Origin: Escherichia coli | GTDB taxonomy: Bacteria > Pseudomonadota > Gammaproteobacteria > Enterobacterales > Enterobacteriaceae | Reading direction: 5' to 3' (one strand) | Length of the DNA: 64,000 bases | Assembly (NCBI RefSeq): GCF_050920415.1 | Contig: NZ_CP169309.1 | In this document: positions 48,861 to 62,531 of the stretch, piece after piece | Numbering within the stretch: position 1 is the first letter of the stretch | Layout of the letters: each line of letters opens with the position of its first letter | Position numbers and translations under genes: made by a program | The notes under the pieces: generated by a model | Seen by the model: only the letters and a program-made list of their open reading frames with translations | What the model was told of the DNA's origin: nothing | The model's database searches: none

Positions 48861-50501
48861 TTACGCGTTTTTCAGAACTTCGCTAACAATCTCAACCGCT
48901 TCTTTCTCGATCTGCTTGCGATGTTCTTCACCGAGGAAGCTTTCGCAGTAGATTTTGTATGCGTCTTCCGTGCCTGACGGACGCGCGGCGAACCAGCCGT
49001 TGTCAGTCATCACTTTCAGACCGCCAATAGAAGCACCGTTGCCCGGAGCAGCAGTCAGGCGCGCGGTGATCGGGTCGCCTGCCAGGGTGCTGGCGCTCAC
49101 CATTTCCGGAGACAGCTTAGACAGCGCCGCTTTTTGTGCGGAAGTCGCAGCTGCCTGCAAACGGTTGTAGCTCGGCGCACCAAAGCGTTTTGCCAGTTCG
49201 TTGTAGTGTTCCTGCGGGTTCTTACCGGTAACAGCAGTGATTTCCGCCGCCAGCAGACACATAATGATACCGTCTTTATCGGTGGACCACGGCGTGCCGT
49301 CGAAACGCAGGAAGGAAGCCCCTGCGCTCTCTTCGCCGCCAAAGCCGAAACTGCCGTCGAACAGACCATCAACAAACCATTTGAAGCCTACCGGGACTTC
49401 TACCAGCTTACGGCCCAAATCATTGACCACACGGTCGATCATCGCAGATGAAACCAGCGTTTTACCGACAGCAACATCTTTGCCCCACTGCGGACGATGC
49501 TGGAACAGGTAGTTGATCGCCACCGCCAGGTAGTGGTTCGGATTCATCAAACCTGCCGGAGTGACGATACCGTGACGGTCATAATCCGGGTCGTTAGCAA
49601 ACGCCAGATCGAACTTATCACGCAGTGCCAGCAGACCCGCCATCGCACACTCGGAGGAGCAGTCCATACGGATCGCGCCGTCTTTATCGAGGTGCATAAA
49701 GCGGAAGGTTTGATCGACCTGATCGTTAACGATGGTCAGGTTAAGGTTGTAATACTCGCCAATACGCTTCCAGTATTCGATACCGGAACCGCCCAGCGGA
49801 TCAACGCCCAGCGTCAGGCCCGCTTTCTGAATCGCCGCCATATCAACGATATCGGCCAGACCTTCCACAAACGGCTGCACCAGATCCTGCTCTTTCACAT
49901 GACCGGATGCCATCGCTTCGTCAAGGGAGATACGCTTCACGCCTTTCAGGCCATCGGCCAGCAGTGCGTTGGCCCTGTCTTCCACCACTTTGGTGACGTT
50001 AGTATCAGCCGGGCCACCATTTGGCGGATTGTACTTGATACCACCATCTTCCGGCGGGTTATGGGACGGTGTAATCACGATACCGTCTGCCAGCGGGCCA
50101 CCTTTTTTATTGTGAACCAGGATGGCATTGGAAACGGCAGGCGTCGGAGTGAAGCCATTGTTTTCCTGCACAATAACATCTACGCCGTTCGCTGCCAGCA
50201 CTTCCAGTACGGAAATGAACGCAGGCTCGGACAGGGCGTGAGTATCTTTACCCACATAGCAAGGGCCAGTGATGCCGTTTTTCGCACGTTCTTCAGCAAT
50301 TGCCTGAGCGATCGCCAGAATGTGCGGCTCGTTAAAGCTGTGGCGCGCTGCACTGCCACGGTGACCGGAAGTACCGAATTTCACCGCGTGCTCCGCATTC
50401 CCTGCTTCTGGTTTCAGTACATAATATTGCGCCGTCAGTTGGGCGACGTTAATCAAATCACTCTGTTGTGCAGGTTGGCCTGCACGATTGTGGATTGCCA
50501 T
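48861..50501 (-). CDS. pgm: Phosphoglucomutase
   Basis: 546 aa from [16 protein letters not shown]; active-site TSGHRG. Confidence 0.96.
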
Positions 50502-50526
50502 TGCTTTGTCCTTTGTCTGCAACGTT

Positions 50527-51072
50527 TTAGATAGTTCCGCAAACCTTCTCAATCAATTCCGCCGGGAATTGCATCGACTGCATGATGTGTTCGATCATGC
50601 TGCATTTACGGCCGGTGTTGGTGTTGGTGATCACCCAATACGGCGTGCCTGGCACATGTTTCGGCTTGGTCTGATTACCATTTTTCAGCAGCGTTTGTTC
50701 ATCTGCCGCAAAGTAAACGCGTGTACGACCGTGCAACGATTCCGTGGCCTCGGCAAACGCCTGGGCGTCAAGAGAATATAGTGTAGACAACAGCAGCATG
50801 AAGCGATTGACCGCTCGCTTTTGCTCTGCGTATTCGTCTGAAAGCAAAAGTTCACGCATTGCGCGAACCTTGTCTTTAATCGTTTTGACCGGCTTCGCTT
50901 CGACGATAGCAGGTGACGCAACGCGAACCTCTTTCGTCACCGGAGCAGCAGGCTGTGATGCGGCGGAAAATTTCAACATACGCCGTAAAATGTCGGATGC
51001 GCTCTCGCCGATATGCTTAGTGTGGCTGGCAATATAGCTGTAGAGTTCATCATCAACTTCAATCGTTTTCAT
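50527..51072 (-). CDS. seqA: Replication initiation negative regulator SeqA
   Basis: 181 aa from [35 protein letters not shown]. Confidence 0.96.
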
Positions 51073-51256
51073 CTTAATCCAGTGCAGTGTCTTAGCTGAA
51101 TACAAGTCGCCAGGAGTATATGAATAAATCCCGGCAGCGGATAGCGTCAAGCCTGGCTTGCAGAAAAACTCGGATTAAACCTTATTTGTTGCAGCCCTGT
51201 GGCACAATGGTCAACATAATACCCTAACCCGACAACGCGAAAAAAAGAACTTTGCC

Positions 51257-52021
51257 ATGAAATTGAATATCCGCGCGCAAACTGCACAAAACCAGCACAA
51301 TAATTCTCCCATCGTTCTTGTCCATGGTCTGTTTGGCAGCCTCGACAACCTTGGCGTACTGGCTCGCGATCTGGTAAACGATCACAATATCATCCAGGTT
51401 GATATGCGTAACCACGGTCTTTCCCCGAGAGATCCGGTGATGAGTTACCCGGCGATGGCCCAGGATCTTGTTGACACTCTGGATGCACAGCAGATCGATA
51501 AGGCAACATTTATTGGACACTCAATGGGCGGTAAAGCGGTGATGGCACTGACTGCACTGGCCCCCGATCGCATCGATAAACTGGTGGCGATTGATATCGC
51601 GCCGGTCGACTATCACGTACGCCGTCATGATGAAATTTTCGCGGCTATCAACGCAGTCAGTGAATCCGACGCGCAAACTCGCCAGCAAGCAGCGGCAGTA
51701 ATGCGCCAGCATCTTAATGAAGAAGGGGTGATTCAGTTTCTGTTGAAATCTTTTGTTGACGGGGAGTGGCGCTTTAACGTGCCGGTATTGTGGGATCAGT
51801 ATCCGCATATTGTGGGTTGGGAGAAAATCCCGGCATGGGATCACCCTGCCCTGTTTATCCCAGGCGGCAATTCTCCGTATGTTAGCGAGCAGTATCGTGA
51901 TGATTTACTGACACAATTTCCACAGGCACGAGCGCATGTGATTGCTGGCGCGGGTCACTGGGTCCATGCTGAAAAACCGGATGCGGTATTACGCGCTATC
52001 CGTCGCTATCTCAATGATTAA
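51257..52021 (+). CDS. ybfF: Alpha/beta-hydrolase esterase
   Basis: 254 aa with GHSMGG nucleophile elbow. Confidence 0.93.
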   Translation: MKLNIRAQTAQNQHNNSPIVLVHGLFGSLDNLGVLARDLVNDHNIIQVDMRNHGLSPRDPVMSYPAMAQDLVDTLDAQQIDKATFIGHSMGGKAVMALTALAPDRIDKLVAIDIAPVDYHVRRHDEIFAAINAVSESDAQTRQQAAAVMRQHLNEEGVIQFLLKSFVDGEWRFNVPVLWDQYPHIVGWEKIPAWDHPALFIPGGNSPYVSEQYRDDLLTQFPQARAHVIAGAGHWVHAEKPDAVLRAIRRYLND

Positions 52022-52160
52022 CGTAACTGATTAAAAACCCAGCGTCCGCGTCGCTTTCCGCGCGTGGGCGTTGGCGTGACTCATCGCGCTGATGTATTAT
52101 GGCGCGCTATCCATCCGGGCAGGCGCCTGGCTGATTGTTTCCCCCGAAGTCACCAAGATC

Positions 52161-52454
52161 ATGGCCAAAGAACAAACGGACCGTACGACATTAGATCTGT
52201 TCGCGCACGAGCGTCGACCGGGACGACCGAAAACTAATCCGCTTTCGCGCGATGAACAGCTGCGTATTAATAAACGCAACCAGCTAAAACGCGACAAAGT
52301 ACGTGGCCTTAAGCGTGTCGAACTGAAGCTAAACGCGGAAGCTGTCGAGGCGCTGAACGAGCTGGCGGAATCGCGCAATATGAGCCGTAGCGAACTGATC
52401 GAAGAGATGTTAATGCAGCAACTGGCGGCGCTGCGTAGTCAGGGCATCGTTTAA
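52161..52454 (+). CDS. ybfE: Small conserved protein YbfE (CopG-like)
   Basis: 97 aa from [33 protein letters not shown]. Confidence 0.85.
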   Translation: MAKEQTDRTTLDLFAHERRPGRPKTNPLSRDEQLRINKRNQLKRDKVRGLKRVELKLNAEAVEALNELAESRNMSRSELIEEMLMQQLAALRSQGIV

Positions 52455-52593
52455 ATTTCCACTTTCATGTAGCACAGTGTGCAGTCCTGCTCGTTTGCTG
52501 ATTCCGCAAGACTGCCTGTTCTGCTATGATTGCCTTTATCCGTGGGCAATTTTCCACCCCCATTTCAATAAGTTTCAAGAGGTTATTTCACTC

Positions 52594-53124
52594 ATGGCTA
52601 TCACTGGCATCTTTTTCGGCAGCGACACCGGTAATACCGAAAATATCGCAAAAATGATTCAAAAACAGCTTGGTAAAGACGTTGCCGATGTCCATGACAT
52701 TGCAAAAAGCAGCAAAGAAGATCTGGAAGCATATGACATTCTGCTGCTGGGCATCCCAACCTGGTATTACGGCGAAGCGCAGTGTGACTGGGATGACTTC
52801 TTCCCGACTCTCGAAGAGATTGATTTCAATGGCAAACTGGTTGCGCTGTTTGGTTGTGGCGACCAGGAAGATTACGCTGAATACTTCTGTGACGCATTGG
52901 GCACCATCCGCGACATCATTGAACCGCGCGGTGCAACCATCGTTGGTCACTGGCCAACTGCGGGCTACCATTTCGAAGCATCAAAAGGTCTGGCAGATGA
53001 CGACCACTTTGTCGGTCTGGCTATCGACGAAGACCGTCAGCCGGAACTGACCGCTGAACGTGTAGAAAAATGGGTTAAACAGATTTCTGAAGAATTGCAT
53101 CTCGACGAAATTCTCAATGCCTGA
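52594..53124 (+). CDS. fldA: Flavodoxin 1
   Basis: 176 aa from [23 protein letters not shown]. Confidence 0.96.
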
Positions 53125-53128
53125 TGTG

Positions 53129-53160
53129 ATGCGGCGTAGACTCATGTCTACGCCGTATTA
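53129..53160. terminator. Rho-independent terminator after fldA
   Basis: gcggcgtagac-tcat-gtctacgccg followed by tatta. Confidence 0.7.
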
Positions 53161-53333
53161 ATAGATAATGCCAATCAAAATAATTGCTACAAATTTGTAA
53201 CTTTTGCTGTTGTACCTGTACAATGTCCCGGTGTTCAAGTGGCCTTGCCGTTGTAAATGTAAGCTGTGCCACGTTTTTATTAACAATATTTGCCAGGGAC
53301 TTGTGGTTTTCATTTAGGCGTGGCAATTCTATA

Positions 53334-53420
53334 ATGATACGCATTATCTCAAGAGCAAATTCTGTCACTTCTCCTAATGAAGTGAACCGCTTAGTAACAG
53401 GACAGATTCCGCATGACTGA
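53334..53420 (+). CDS. uof: fur upstream leader ORF
   Basis: 28 aa MIRIISRANSVTSPNEVNRLVTGQIPHD ending 8 nt into fur. Confidence 0.75.
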   Translation: MIRIISRANSVTSPNEVNRLVTGQIPHD

Positions 53421-53859
53421 TAACAATACCGCCCTAAAGAAAGCTGGCCTGAAAGTAACGCTTCCTCGTTTAAAAATCCTGGAAGTTCTTCAGGAGCCGG
53501 ACAACCATCACGTCAGTGCGGAAGATTTATACAAACGTCTGATCGATATGGGTGAAGAAATTGGTCTGGCTACGGTATATCGCGTACTGAACCAGTTCGA
53601 CGACGCTGGTATCGTCACCCGCCACAATTTTGAAGGCGGTAAATCCGTATTTGAACTGACACAGCAACATCACCACGATCACCTGATCTGCCTCGACTGC
53701 GGCAAGGTTATCGAATTTAGTGATGATTCCATCGAAGCGCGTCAGCGTGAAATTGCCGCAAAACATGGCATTCGCCTGACTAACCACAGTCTCTATCTTT
53801 ACGGTCACTGTGCCGAAGGCGATTGCCGCGAAGATGAGCACGCGCACGAAGGCGAATAA
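53413..53859 (+). CDS. fur: Ferric uptake regulator
   Basis: 148 aa MTDNNTALKKAGLKVTLPRLKILEVL... Confidence 0.97.
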   Translation: MTDNNTALKKAGLKVTLPRLKILEVLQEPDNHHVSAEDLYKRLIDMGEEIGLATVYRVLNQFDDAGIVTRHNFEGGKSVFELTQQHHHDHLICLDCGKVIEFSDDSIEARQREIAAKHGIRLTNHSLYLYGHCAEGDCREDEHAHEGE

Positions 53860-53885
53860 GCCAGTCTGAACGAGAAAAGCCAACC

Positions 53886-53912
53886 TGCGGGTTGGCTTTT
53901 TTATACAAGGGA
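53886..53912. terminator. Rho-independent terminator after fur
   Basis: aaaagccaacctgcgggttggctttttt. Confidence 0.8.
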
Positions 53913-53942
53913 CATAAGAAAAGCGAGAGTTACAGCTCTCAC

Positions 53943-54269
53943 TTATTTGTTATTGCTGCGAATTTCCTGCCAGACCTTATCACAATCGGTTTTCACTGCC
54001 TGGTCATTACCGGTTTGCGTTGCCTGAATGCACTGCTGATAATCCAGCACACGGACACTTTCCTGCTCGGCAAATTGCTGATGTTGTTTCTCTTTCTTCA
54101 GCACGTTTAACACGCTCTGACAGGCTTCAATTTTTTCCGGCGAACCTTGCGCGGTGTTGATACAGGCGCTGTAAGCTTCTTTCAGATGGCTGTCTTCCTG
54201 TGGCGCGGTGGATTGTGCACAAGCCACCAGCCCCGATGCCATCATGGCGATGAGAATCAGTTTTTTCAT
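53943..54269 (-). CDS. chiQ: Lipoprotein co-transcribed with chiP
   Basis: 108 aa with lipobox LVAC. Confidence 0.88.
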   Translation of the reverse strand: MKKLILIAMMASGLVACAQSTAPQEDSHLKEAYSACINTAQGSPEKIEACQSVLNVLKKEKQHQQFAEQESVRVLDYQQCIQATQTGNDQAVKTDCDKVWQEIRSNNK

Positions 54270-54318
54270 TGCAAATTCCTCAAACGTGCGGCAGGCACAA
54301 AACCTGCCGCGTCGGGCA

Positions 54319-55725
54319 TCAGAAGATGGTGAATGGTGCGATTACCATAAATTTCACGTCACGCTCATCCTGGAAGATGTTGCCGTAACCACCGCCCCAG
54401 CTTGGGATGTCGGAGTGGTTGTCGTATTCGGTAAAGTGCAGTTTGAACATCGTGCCTTTGGCGCGACCGTCCTGAATGGTGTAGACCGCATCCAGGCTGT
54501 ATGCAGACTCTTCAATAGTCCGGTTTTTGTCGTAGTACGCATCCGGATTGCTCTGCCAGGTAGCGGGTTTAGCATCCCATGCGTAAACGTAGGAAGCGCC
54601 GATGGCGAAGCCTGGAAGATTCCAGTTTTTCAGGTCATACATCGCACCGAAGAAGACCGCTTTTTCGCCGTTGGCGTTGAAGTCAGAACGGTTATCCCAC
54701 CAGATATCCAGGCGACCGTTCGAGGAAGCGTAGGTTGGAGTCATACGTTGCAGGAAGTATCCCTGCTGGCCGTCGGCTTTAACCCAGGTGCCTTCCAGAC
54801 GCAAATCCACTACGTCAGCCGCCCGGTAACCAAAGGTCAACGCTTGCAGCCAGGCGGTGCCGTCATAAAGATCGTTGACGCTGCGATCGTCAACTTTATC
54901 GCGCGTACCGTAGAACTGGTAGCTGGTGGTTAACGGGCTACCGGCGATATCAAATTTGTAGCTGGCTTTGGCAAAATATTGATCGATATACCCTTCTGCC
55001 TGACCAAATGCCGCTTCCAGTACGAAGTTATTTTTGAAGTCGTACTTCGCCCCAAGGGAGTGTAGATAATCAACTTTGGTGGTTTTATCGTTCTGATAAA
55101 ACTCATCCATTTCCAGATGCCACGGCGCTTTATATTCGTTGGTCCACATGTAGGAGAAACTCAACGCACCAGCATCGCCGTAATCAAAATTCGCCCCCGC
55201 TTCCGCCCCCTGATAAGTACCCGGCATAAAGCTCCAGTGCGGCGCTAACAGCGTCTGACCGGTTGGCTGAATATAACCTGCCCGCGCCCACACCGGACCG
55301 TATTTAAATTTGGCCGCTGCTTTATACAGGCTTATACCGCTTTTATCGCCGGACCAGTCTTCGTCATAGGCTTTATTGCTTTTTGAAAACGCGATTTCGT
55401 TCGGGTGAGAACTGTCGCCGTTTTCCGCCATTTCAATCGCCGTAAACGCCGCAATATCAAGGCCGAACATATCAGCAGCATAACCAGACTGAAAATCGAG
55501 GTTGGCATTCCAGGTGGAGTGAGAAAGGTTGGTTTTGTATTTATCGCCGTCGGTAACGTCTTTACGGTCGCGTTCACGCTGCCAGTAATAGATACCGCCG
55601 GTTAAGGTTGAATCGTCGATGAATCCTTCGGCGCGAGCCTCCGGCATTGCCATAAAGCCCGACATTGCTGTAACACTGGCGATAGCCAGCGCCAGCGTAC
55701 TACGTTTGCCACTAAACGTACGCAT
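54319..55725 (-). CDS. chiP: Chitoporin (outer-membrane chito-oligosaccharide porin)
   Basis: 468 aa beta-barrel-like ORF with signal peptide, ends in F. Confidence 0.93.
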   Translation of the reverse strand: MRTFSGKRSTLALAIASVTAMSGFMAMPEARAEGFIDDSTLTGGIYYWQRERDRKDVTDGDKYKTNLSHSTWNANLDFQSGYAADMFGLDIAAFTAIEMAENGDSSHPNEIAFSKSNKAYDEDWSGDKSGISLYKAAAKFKYGPVWARAGYIQPTGQTLLAPHWSFMPGTYQGAEAGANFDYGDAGALSFSYMWTNEYKAPWHLEMDEFYQNDKTTKVDYLHSLGAKYDFKNNFVLEAAFGQAEGYIDQYFAKASYKFDIAGSPLTTSYQFYGTRDKVDDRSVNDLYDGTAWLQALTFGYRAADVVDLRLEGTWVKADGQQGYFLQRMTPTYASSNGRLDIWWDNRSDFNANGEKAVFFGAMYDLKNWNLPGFAIGASYVYAWDAKPATWQSNPDAYYDKNRTIEESAYSLDAVYTIQDGRAKGTMFKLHFTEYDNHSDIPSWGGGYGNIFQDERDVKFMVIAPFTIF

Positions 55726-56104
55726 GGGTTAATCCTCTTTGACGTATAAATTGCTGCACCAAAGGTGAACAGCGAAAAAAATAAAAATTAAAAAAGTAGC
55801 GTTGAGAAAAGTCTCGCTGACTACAGGAACAGACTATTTTTCGCGACGCGAATTATCAATCTCTTTCTGTAACCAGAATGTAAGAACATGAGCAACCGCA
55901 CATATTTTGATGATTTTTGTTACAAGGCTTAAGTTTGCAGTTGAAAGGCTTGCAGAAGAATAAAAGCGTGAATTTCCAGCAAGATGAAAACGGTTACATT
56001 TTATTTAATTATGGTTTGTGATTTTAAATTTGTTTTATGGATAAATTGCGAAGCGGAATTAATTCGCGAAGAAAAGCAAAAAAAACGCCGCAGAGCGCGG
56101 CGTT

Positions 56105-56300
56105 TGGGTTTGTTTGCTATTTCTTGCCGGATGCGGCGTGAACGCCTTATCCGGCCTACAAAAGCACGCAAATTCAATATATGGCAGAGATCATGTAGGC
56201 CTGATAAGCGTAGCGCATCAGGCAATTTAGCGTTTGAAACTGTTTCTATGTTTCTTGCCGGATGCGGCGTAAACGCCTCACCCGGCCTGGTAGAACTTAA
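56105..56300. repeat. REP/BIME cluster between glnS and chiP
   Basis: Repeated gccggatgcggcg...gccttatccggcctac units. Confidence 0.8.
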
Positions 56301-56302
56301 AA

Positions 56303-57967
56303 TTACTCGCCTACTTTCGCCCAGGTATCACGCAGCCCAACGGTGCGGTTAAATACCGGTTTTTCCGCCGTAGAATGGCGGCTGTCGAGGCAGAAATAAC
56401 CTTCACGCTCAAACTGGAATGCTTTACCCGCTACCGCATCTTTCAGCGAAGGTTCAGCAAAGCCCTGTTTGATCACCAACGATTCCGGGTTAATCACCGA
56501 CAGGAAATCATCCGCAGCACCTGGGTTCGGCACGCTGAACAGACGATCGTACAGGCGGATTTCAACCGGCAGCGCATGTGCCGCGCTCACCCAGTGAATA
56601 ACGCCTTTCACTTTACGACCATCTGCCGGATCTTTGCTTAAGGTGTCGGCGTCATAAGTACAGAAGATGGTGGTGATATTGCCTTCGGCATCTTTCTCCA
56701 CGCGTTCTGCCTTAATAACGTAAGCATTACGCAGACGCACTTCTTTACCCAGCACCAGACGTTTGTACTGCTTGTTAGCTTCTTCGCGGAAATCGGCGCG
56801 ATCGATCCAAATCTCACCGCTAAACGGCACCTGACGGCTACCCATTTCCGGTTTGTTTGGATGGTTCGGCATGGTAACCATTTCGCCTTCGCCCTGGTAG
56901 TTTTCGATAACCAGTTTCACCGGATCGATAACCGCCATTGCGCGCGGGGCGTTTTCGTTGAGATCTTCACGAATGCAGGATTCCAGCGACGCCATCTCAA
57001 TGGTGTTGTCCTGCTTGGTCACGCCAATGCGTTTGCAGAACTCACGAATAGAAGCCGCCGTGTAACCACGACGACGCAGACCGGAAATAGTCGGCATACG
57101 CGGATCATCCCAGCCTTCAACGTGCTTGTCGGTCACCAGCAGGTTCAGCTTACGCTTGGACATCACGGTGTATTCCAGATTCAGGCGCGAGAATTCGTAC
57201 TGGCGCGGATGAACAGGAATGGTGATGTTGTCCAGTACCCAGTCATACAGACGACGGTTATCCTGGAACTCCAGCGTACACAGAGAGTGTGTAATACCTT
57301 CCAGCGCATCGCTGATGCAGTGGGTGAAGTCGTACATCGGGTAGATGCACCACTTGTTACCGGTCTGGTGGTGTTCAGCAAACTTAATGCGGTACAGCAC
57401 CGGATCGCGCATCACGATAAACGGCGAAGCCATGTCGATTTTCGCGCGCAGGCAGGCTTTACCTTCTTCAAAACCACCGGTACGCATTTTTTCGAACAGC
57501 GCCAGGTTCTCTTCAACGCTACGGTCGCGGTACGGGCTGTTTTTACCCGGCTGAGTCAGGGTGCCACGATATTCGCGGATCTGTTCCGGTGTCAGTTCAT
57601 CAACATACGCCAGGCCTTTATTGATCAGTTCGATCGCATAGGCGTGGAGCTGATCAAAATAATCGGAGGAGTAACGGACGTTACCAGACCAGTGAAAACC
57701 TAACCACTCTACGTCGTTTTTGATCGAATCGACATACTCGATATCTTCTTTTACCGGGTTAGTGTCGTCGAAACGCAGGTTGCACTGGCCTTTATAGTCC
57801 TGGGCGATCCCGAAGTTCAGGCAGATAGATTTCGCATGGCCAATATGCAGATAGCCATTCGGCTCCGGCGGGAAACGGGTGTGTACTGTGGTGTGCTTAC
57901 CACTGGCCAGATCTTCATCGATGATCTGACGGATAAAGTTAGTCGGGCGGGCTTCTGCCTCACTCAT
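56303..57967 (-). CDS. glnS: Glutaminyl-tRNA synthetase
   Basis: 554 aa; class I HIGH motif ([14 protein letters not shown]) and VMSKR. Confidence 0.97.
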   Translation of the reverse strand: MSEAEARPTNFIRQIIDEDLASGKHTTVHTRFPPEPNGYLHIGHAKSICLNFGIAQDYKGQCNLRFDDTNPVKEDIEYVDSIKNDVEWLGFHWSGNVRYSSDYFDQLHAYAIELINKGLAYVDELTPEQIREYRGTLTQPGKNSPYRDRSVEENLALFEKMRTGGFEEGKACLRAKIDMASPFIVMRDPVLYRIKFAEHHQTGNKWCIYPMYDFTHCISDALEGITHSLCTLEFQDNRRLYDWVLDNITIPVHPRQYEFSRLNLEYTVMSKRKLNLLVTDKHVEGWDDPRMPTISGLRRRGYTAASIREFCKRIGVTKQDNTIEMASLESCIREDLNENAPRAMAVIDPVKLVIENYQGEGEMVTMPNHPNKPEMGSRQVPFSGEIWIDRADFREEANKQYKRLVLGKEVRLRNAYVIKAERVEKDAEGNITTIFCTYDADTLSKDPADGRKVKGVIHWVSAAHALPVEIRLYDRLFSVPNPGAADDFLSVINPESLVIKQGFAEPSLKDAVAGKAFQFEREGYFCLDSRHSTAEKPVFNRTVGLRDTWAKVGE

Positions 57968-58134
57968 CGTGGATTCCTCAAAGCGTAAACAACGTATAAC
58001 GGCGTATGATCTTATAAGCGGGACAGGCTGACAACTGTTAGTTAGTGAAAATCGAAAATCTCACTGAGATTATGGGGATGATTGATGAAAAAAAAAGCGG
58101 CAGAGAAGATCTCCACCGCTTTTGCCAGTCCTGC

Positions 58135-58232
58135 GTCATTGTTGGATGCGACGCTTAAGCGTCTTATCCAACCTGGACTGAGATTTTGTAGGCCTGATAA
58201 GACGCGTCATGCGTCGCATCAGGCATGAAGCA
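58135..58232. repeat. REP elements between nagE and glnS
   Basis: gatgcgacgcttaagcgtcttatcc and gtaggcctgataagacgcg...gcatcaggc. Confidence 0.75.
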
Positions 58233-58234
58233 GA

Positions 58235-60181
58235 TTACTTTTTGATTTCATACAGCGGCGTTTGACCCGCCACAACATGACCTTGAGCTTTAATGATAAG
58301 GCCGCTGAAATCGTCGATATTGCTGCAAACCACCGGGCTAATCATCGAACGGGCGTTAGCGTTCAGGTAATCCAGATCCATTTCCAGAATCGGTTGCCCT
58401 GCGCTTACTTGCGCCCCCTCTTCCACCAGACGTTTAAAGCCTTTGCCTTCCAGCGCTACGGTGTCGATACCCATATGGACGACAATCTCAGCGCCTTTTT
58501 CGGTTTCCAGGCAGAACGCGTGATTGGTGTTGAAGATTTTCACGATTGTCCCTGCGGCTGGCGATACGACGATTTTATCCGTCGGTTTCACCGCCACACC
58601 GTCACCCACCGCTTTGCTGGCAAATGCTTCGTCAGGAACCTGATCCAGCGCCACAACATCACCGGTAATCGGCGATACCAGCTCCGCGACAGACACCGCG
58701 TTTGGTACGGCCTGCGGTTTTGCTACAGGCACGGTAGTTGCAGGCGCAGTTTCAGCAGAGGCGGCTGCTACCGGACCACGGGCAACGACTTTCTTCATTG
58801 CATCGCCAATGGATTCCGCTTTCGCGCCAACAATCACCTGAATAGTCTGTTTGTTCAGTTTTACCACCCCAGAAGCACCCAGACGTTTACACATCGCATC
58901 GTTGACGCGAGCTGAGTCAGCCACCGTCAGGCGCAGACGAGTAATACAGGCGTCAATGGCTTTCAGGTTGTCAGTGCCGCCAACCGCAGCAATATAGTTG
59001 GTCGCCAGTTGATTGAGACCTTCTTCAGTGTTGCTGTTGGCTTCTTCAGTAACGATCTCGTCTTCTTTATCTTCGCGACCCGGCGTTTTCAGATTGAACA
59101 TGCGGATAACCACACTGAACACCACGAAGTAGATAGCGAAGAACACAACCCCCATCACCAGCAGCATCCAGACGTTCTGGCTGGCGGCCGGCAGGTTATA
59201 CATCAACGCGTAGTCGATAGCCCCCGCAGAGAAGGAGAAGCCAGCATGGATACCCAGCAGCGTTGCCACAAACAGGCTGATACCCGTCAGCAGTGCGTGC
59301 AGGAGGTACAGCAGCGGCGCAAGGAACATGAACAGGAATTCCAGCGGCTCAGTCACACCGGTCAGGAACGCAGTAACAGCAACAGAAAGCAGCATACCGC
59401 CAACCATCGGACGACGCTCTTTCGGTGCTGCGAAGTACATCGCCAGCGCCGCACCCGGCAGACCGAACATCATAATCGGGAAGAAGCCGGACATGAACAT
59501 CCCCGCGGTGCCGTCACCGGCATAGAAGCGGTTAATGTCGCCGTGGAAAACCGTACCCGCCGCGTTGGTGAATTCACCAATCTGGAACCAGGCGATGGTG
59601 TTCAGTACCTGATGCAGACCGGTTGGGATCAGCAGACGGTTGATGAAACCAAAGATACCGGAACCCAGCGCGCCCGCAGAAACGATCCATTCGCCGCCTG
59701 CATGGATAGCGTGCTGTACCGGTGGCCAGACGTAACCAAAAATGGCCGCCAGCACCAGGCAGAAGAAGCCGGTGGCGATCGGCACAAAACGTTTGCCGCC
59801 AAAGAAGCTCAGGAAATCCGGCAGTTTAATATCGGACCAACGGTTATAGACTGCGCCACCCACCAGACCGGTAATGATACCCGCCAGTACACCCATGTTA
59901 ATTTCTGGGTTGATGGTCACCATCGCTTTGGTTAATACAAAGTAACCTACCGCACCCGCCAGGGCCGCCGCACCTGCGCTGTCTTTCGACCAGCTGGATG
60001 CCACACCGATGGCGAAGATTAATGCGAGGTTATCAAAAATCGCACCGCCCGCCTGGGCAATAAACGCAACGTTAAGTAAATCTGGCTGACCGAATCGCAG
60101 CAACAGTGCCGCCACCGGCAGCACCGCGATAGGGAGCTGTAACGCCCTACCGAGTCGCTGGAAAAAACCTAAAATATTCAT
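58235..60181 (-). CDS. nagE: PTS N-acetylglucosamine-specific EIICBA
   Basis: 648 aa from MNILGFFQRLGRALQLPIAVLP. Confidence 0.97.
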   Translation of the reverse strand: MNILGFFQRLGRALQLPIAVLPVAALLLRFGQPDLLNVAFIAQAGGAIFDNLALIFAIGVASSWSKDSAGAAALAGAVGYFVLTKAMVTINPEINMGVLAGIITGLVGGAVYNRWSDIKLPDFLSFFGGKRFVPIATGFFCLVLAAIFGYVWPPVQHAIHAGGEWIVSAGALGSGIFGFINRLLIPTGLHQVLNTIAWFQIGEFTNAAGTVFHGDINRFYAGDGTAGMFMSGFFPIMMFGLPGAALAMYFAAPKERRPMVGGMLLSVAVTAFLTGVTEPLEFLFMFLAPLLYLLHALLTGISLFVATLLGIHAGFSFSAGAIDYALMYNLPAASQNVWMLLVMGVVFFAIYFVVFSVVIRMFNLKTPGREDKEDEIVTEEANSNTEEGLNQLATNYIAAVGGTDNLKAIDACITRLRLTVADSARVNDAMCKRLGASGVVKLNKQTIQVIVGAKAESIGDAMKKVVARGPVAAASAETAPATTVPVAKPQAVPNAVSVAELVSPITGDVVALDQVPDEAFASKAVGDGVAVKPTDKIVVSPAAGTIVKIFNTNHAFCLETEKGAEIVVHMGIDTVALEGKGFKRLVEEGAQVSAGQPILEMDLDYLNANARSMISPVVCSNIDDFSGLIIKAQGHVVAGQTPLYEIKK

Positions 60182-60514
60182 CTTATTCCCCCTACGAGAA
60201 CCCTATTTGGCTCGTTTAAAGCCGTATTTTTATTTTGCTGCAAATTGTACTGCCGATGTTCTGTAATCAGATTGTTAGATCATCTGCTACAGAGTGTGTG
60301 AAAATTTAATTCGTATCGCAAATTAAACGCGTGTCTTTTGTGAGTTTTGTCACCAAATATCGTTATCATCACTCCCTTTTACTGGCTAAACCAGAAAACT
60401 TATTTTATCATTCAAAAAATCAGGTCGGATTGACGCCTGTCTGCGCAAATCCAGGTTACGCTTAAAGATGCCTAATCCGCCAACGGCTTACTTTTTACTT
60501 ACTTGAGGTGAATA
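60182..60514. promoter_or_regulatory. Divergent nagE / nagBACD promoter region
   Basis: AT-rich 330-bp spacer between divergent nagE and nagB; individual NagC/CRP sites not resolved. Confidence 0.5.
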
Positions 60515-62523
<2,009 letters not shown>

Positions 62524-62531
62524 GAGAAAGT

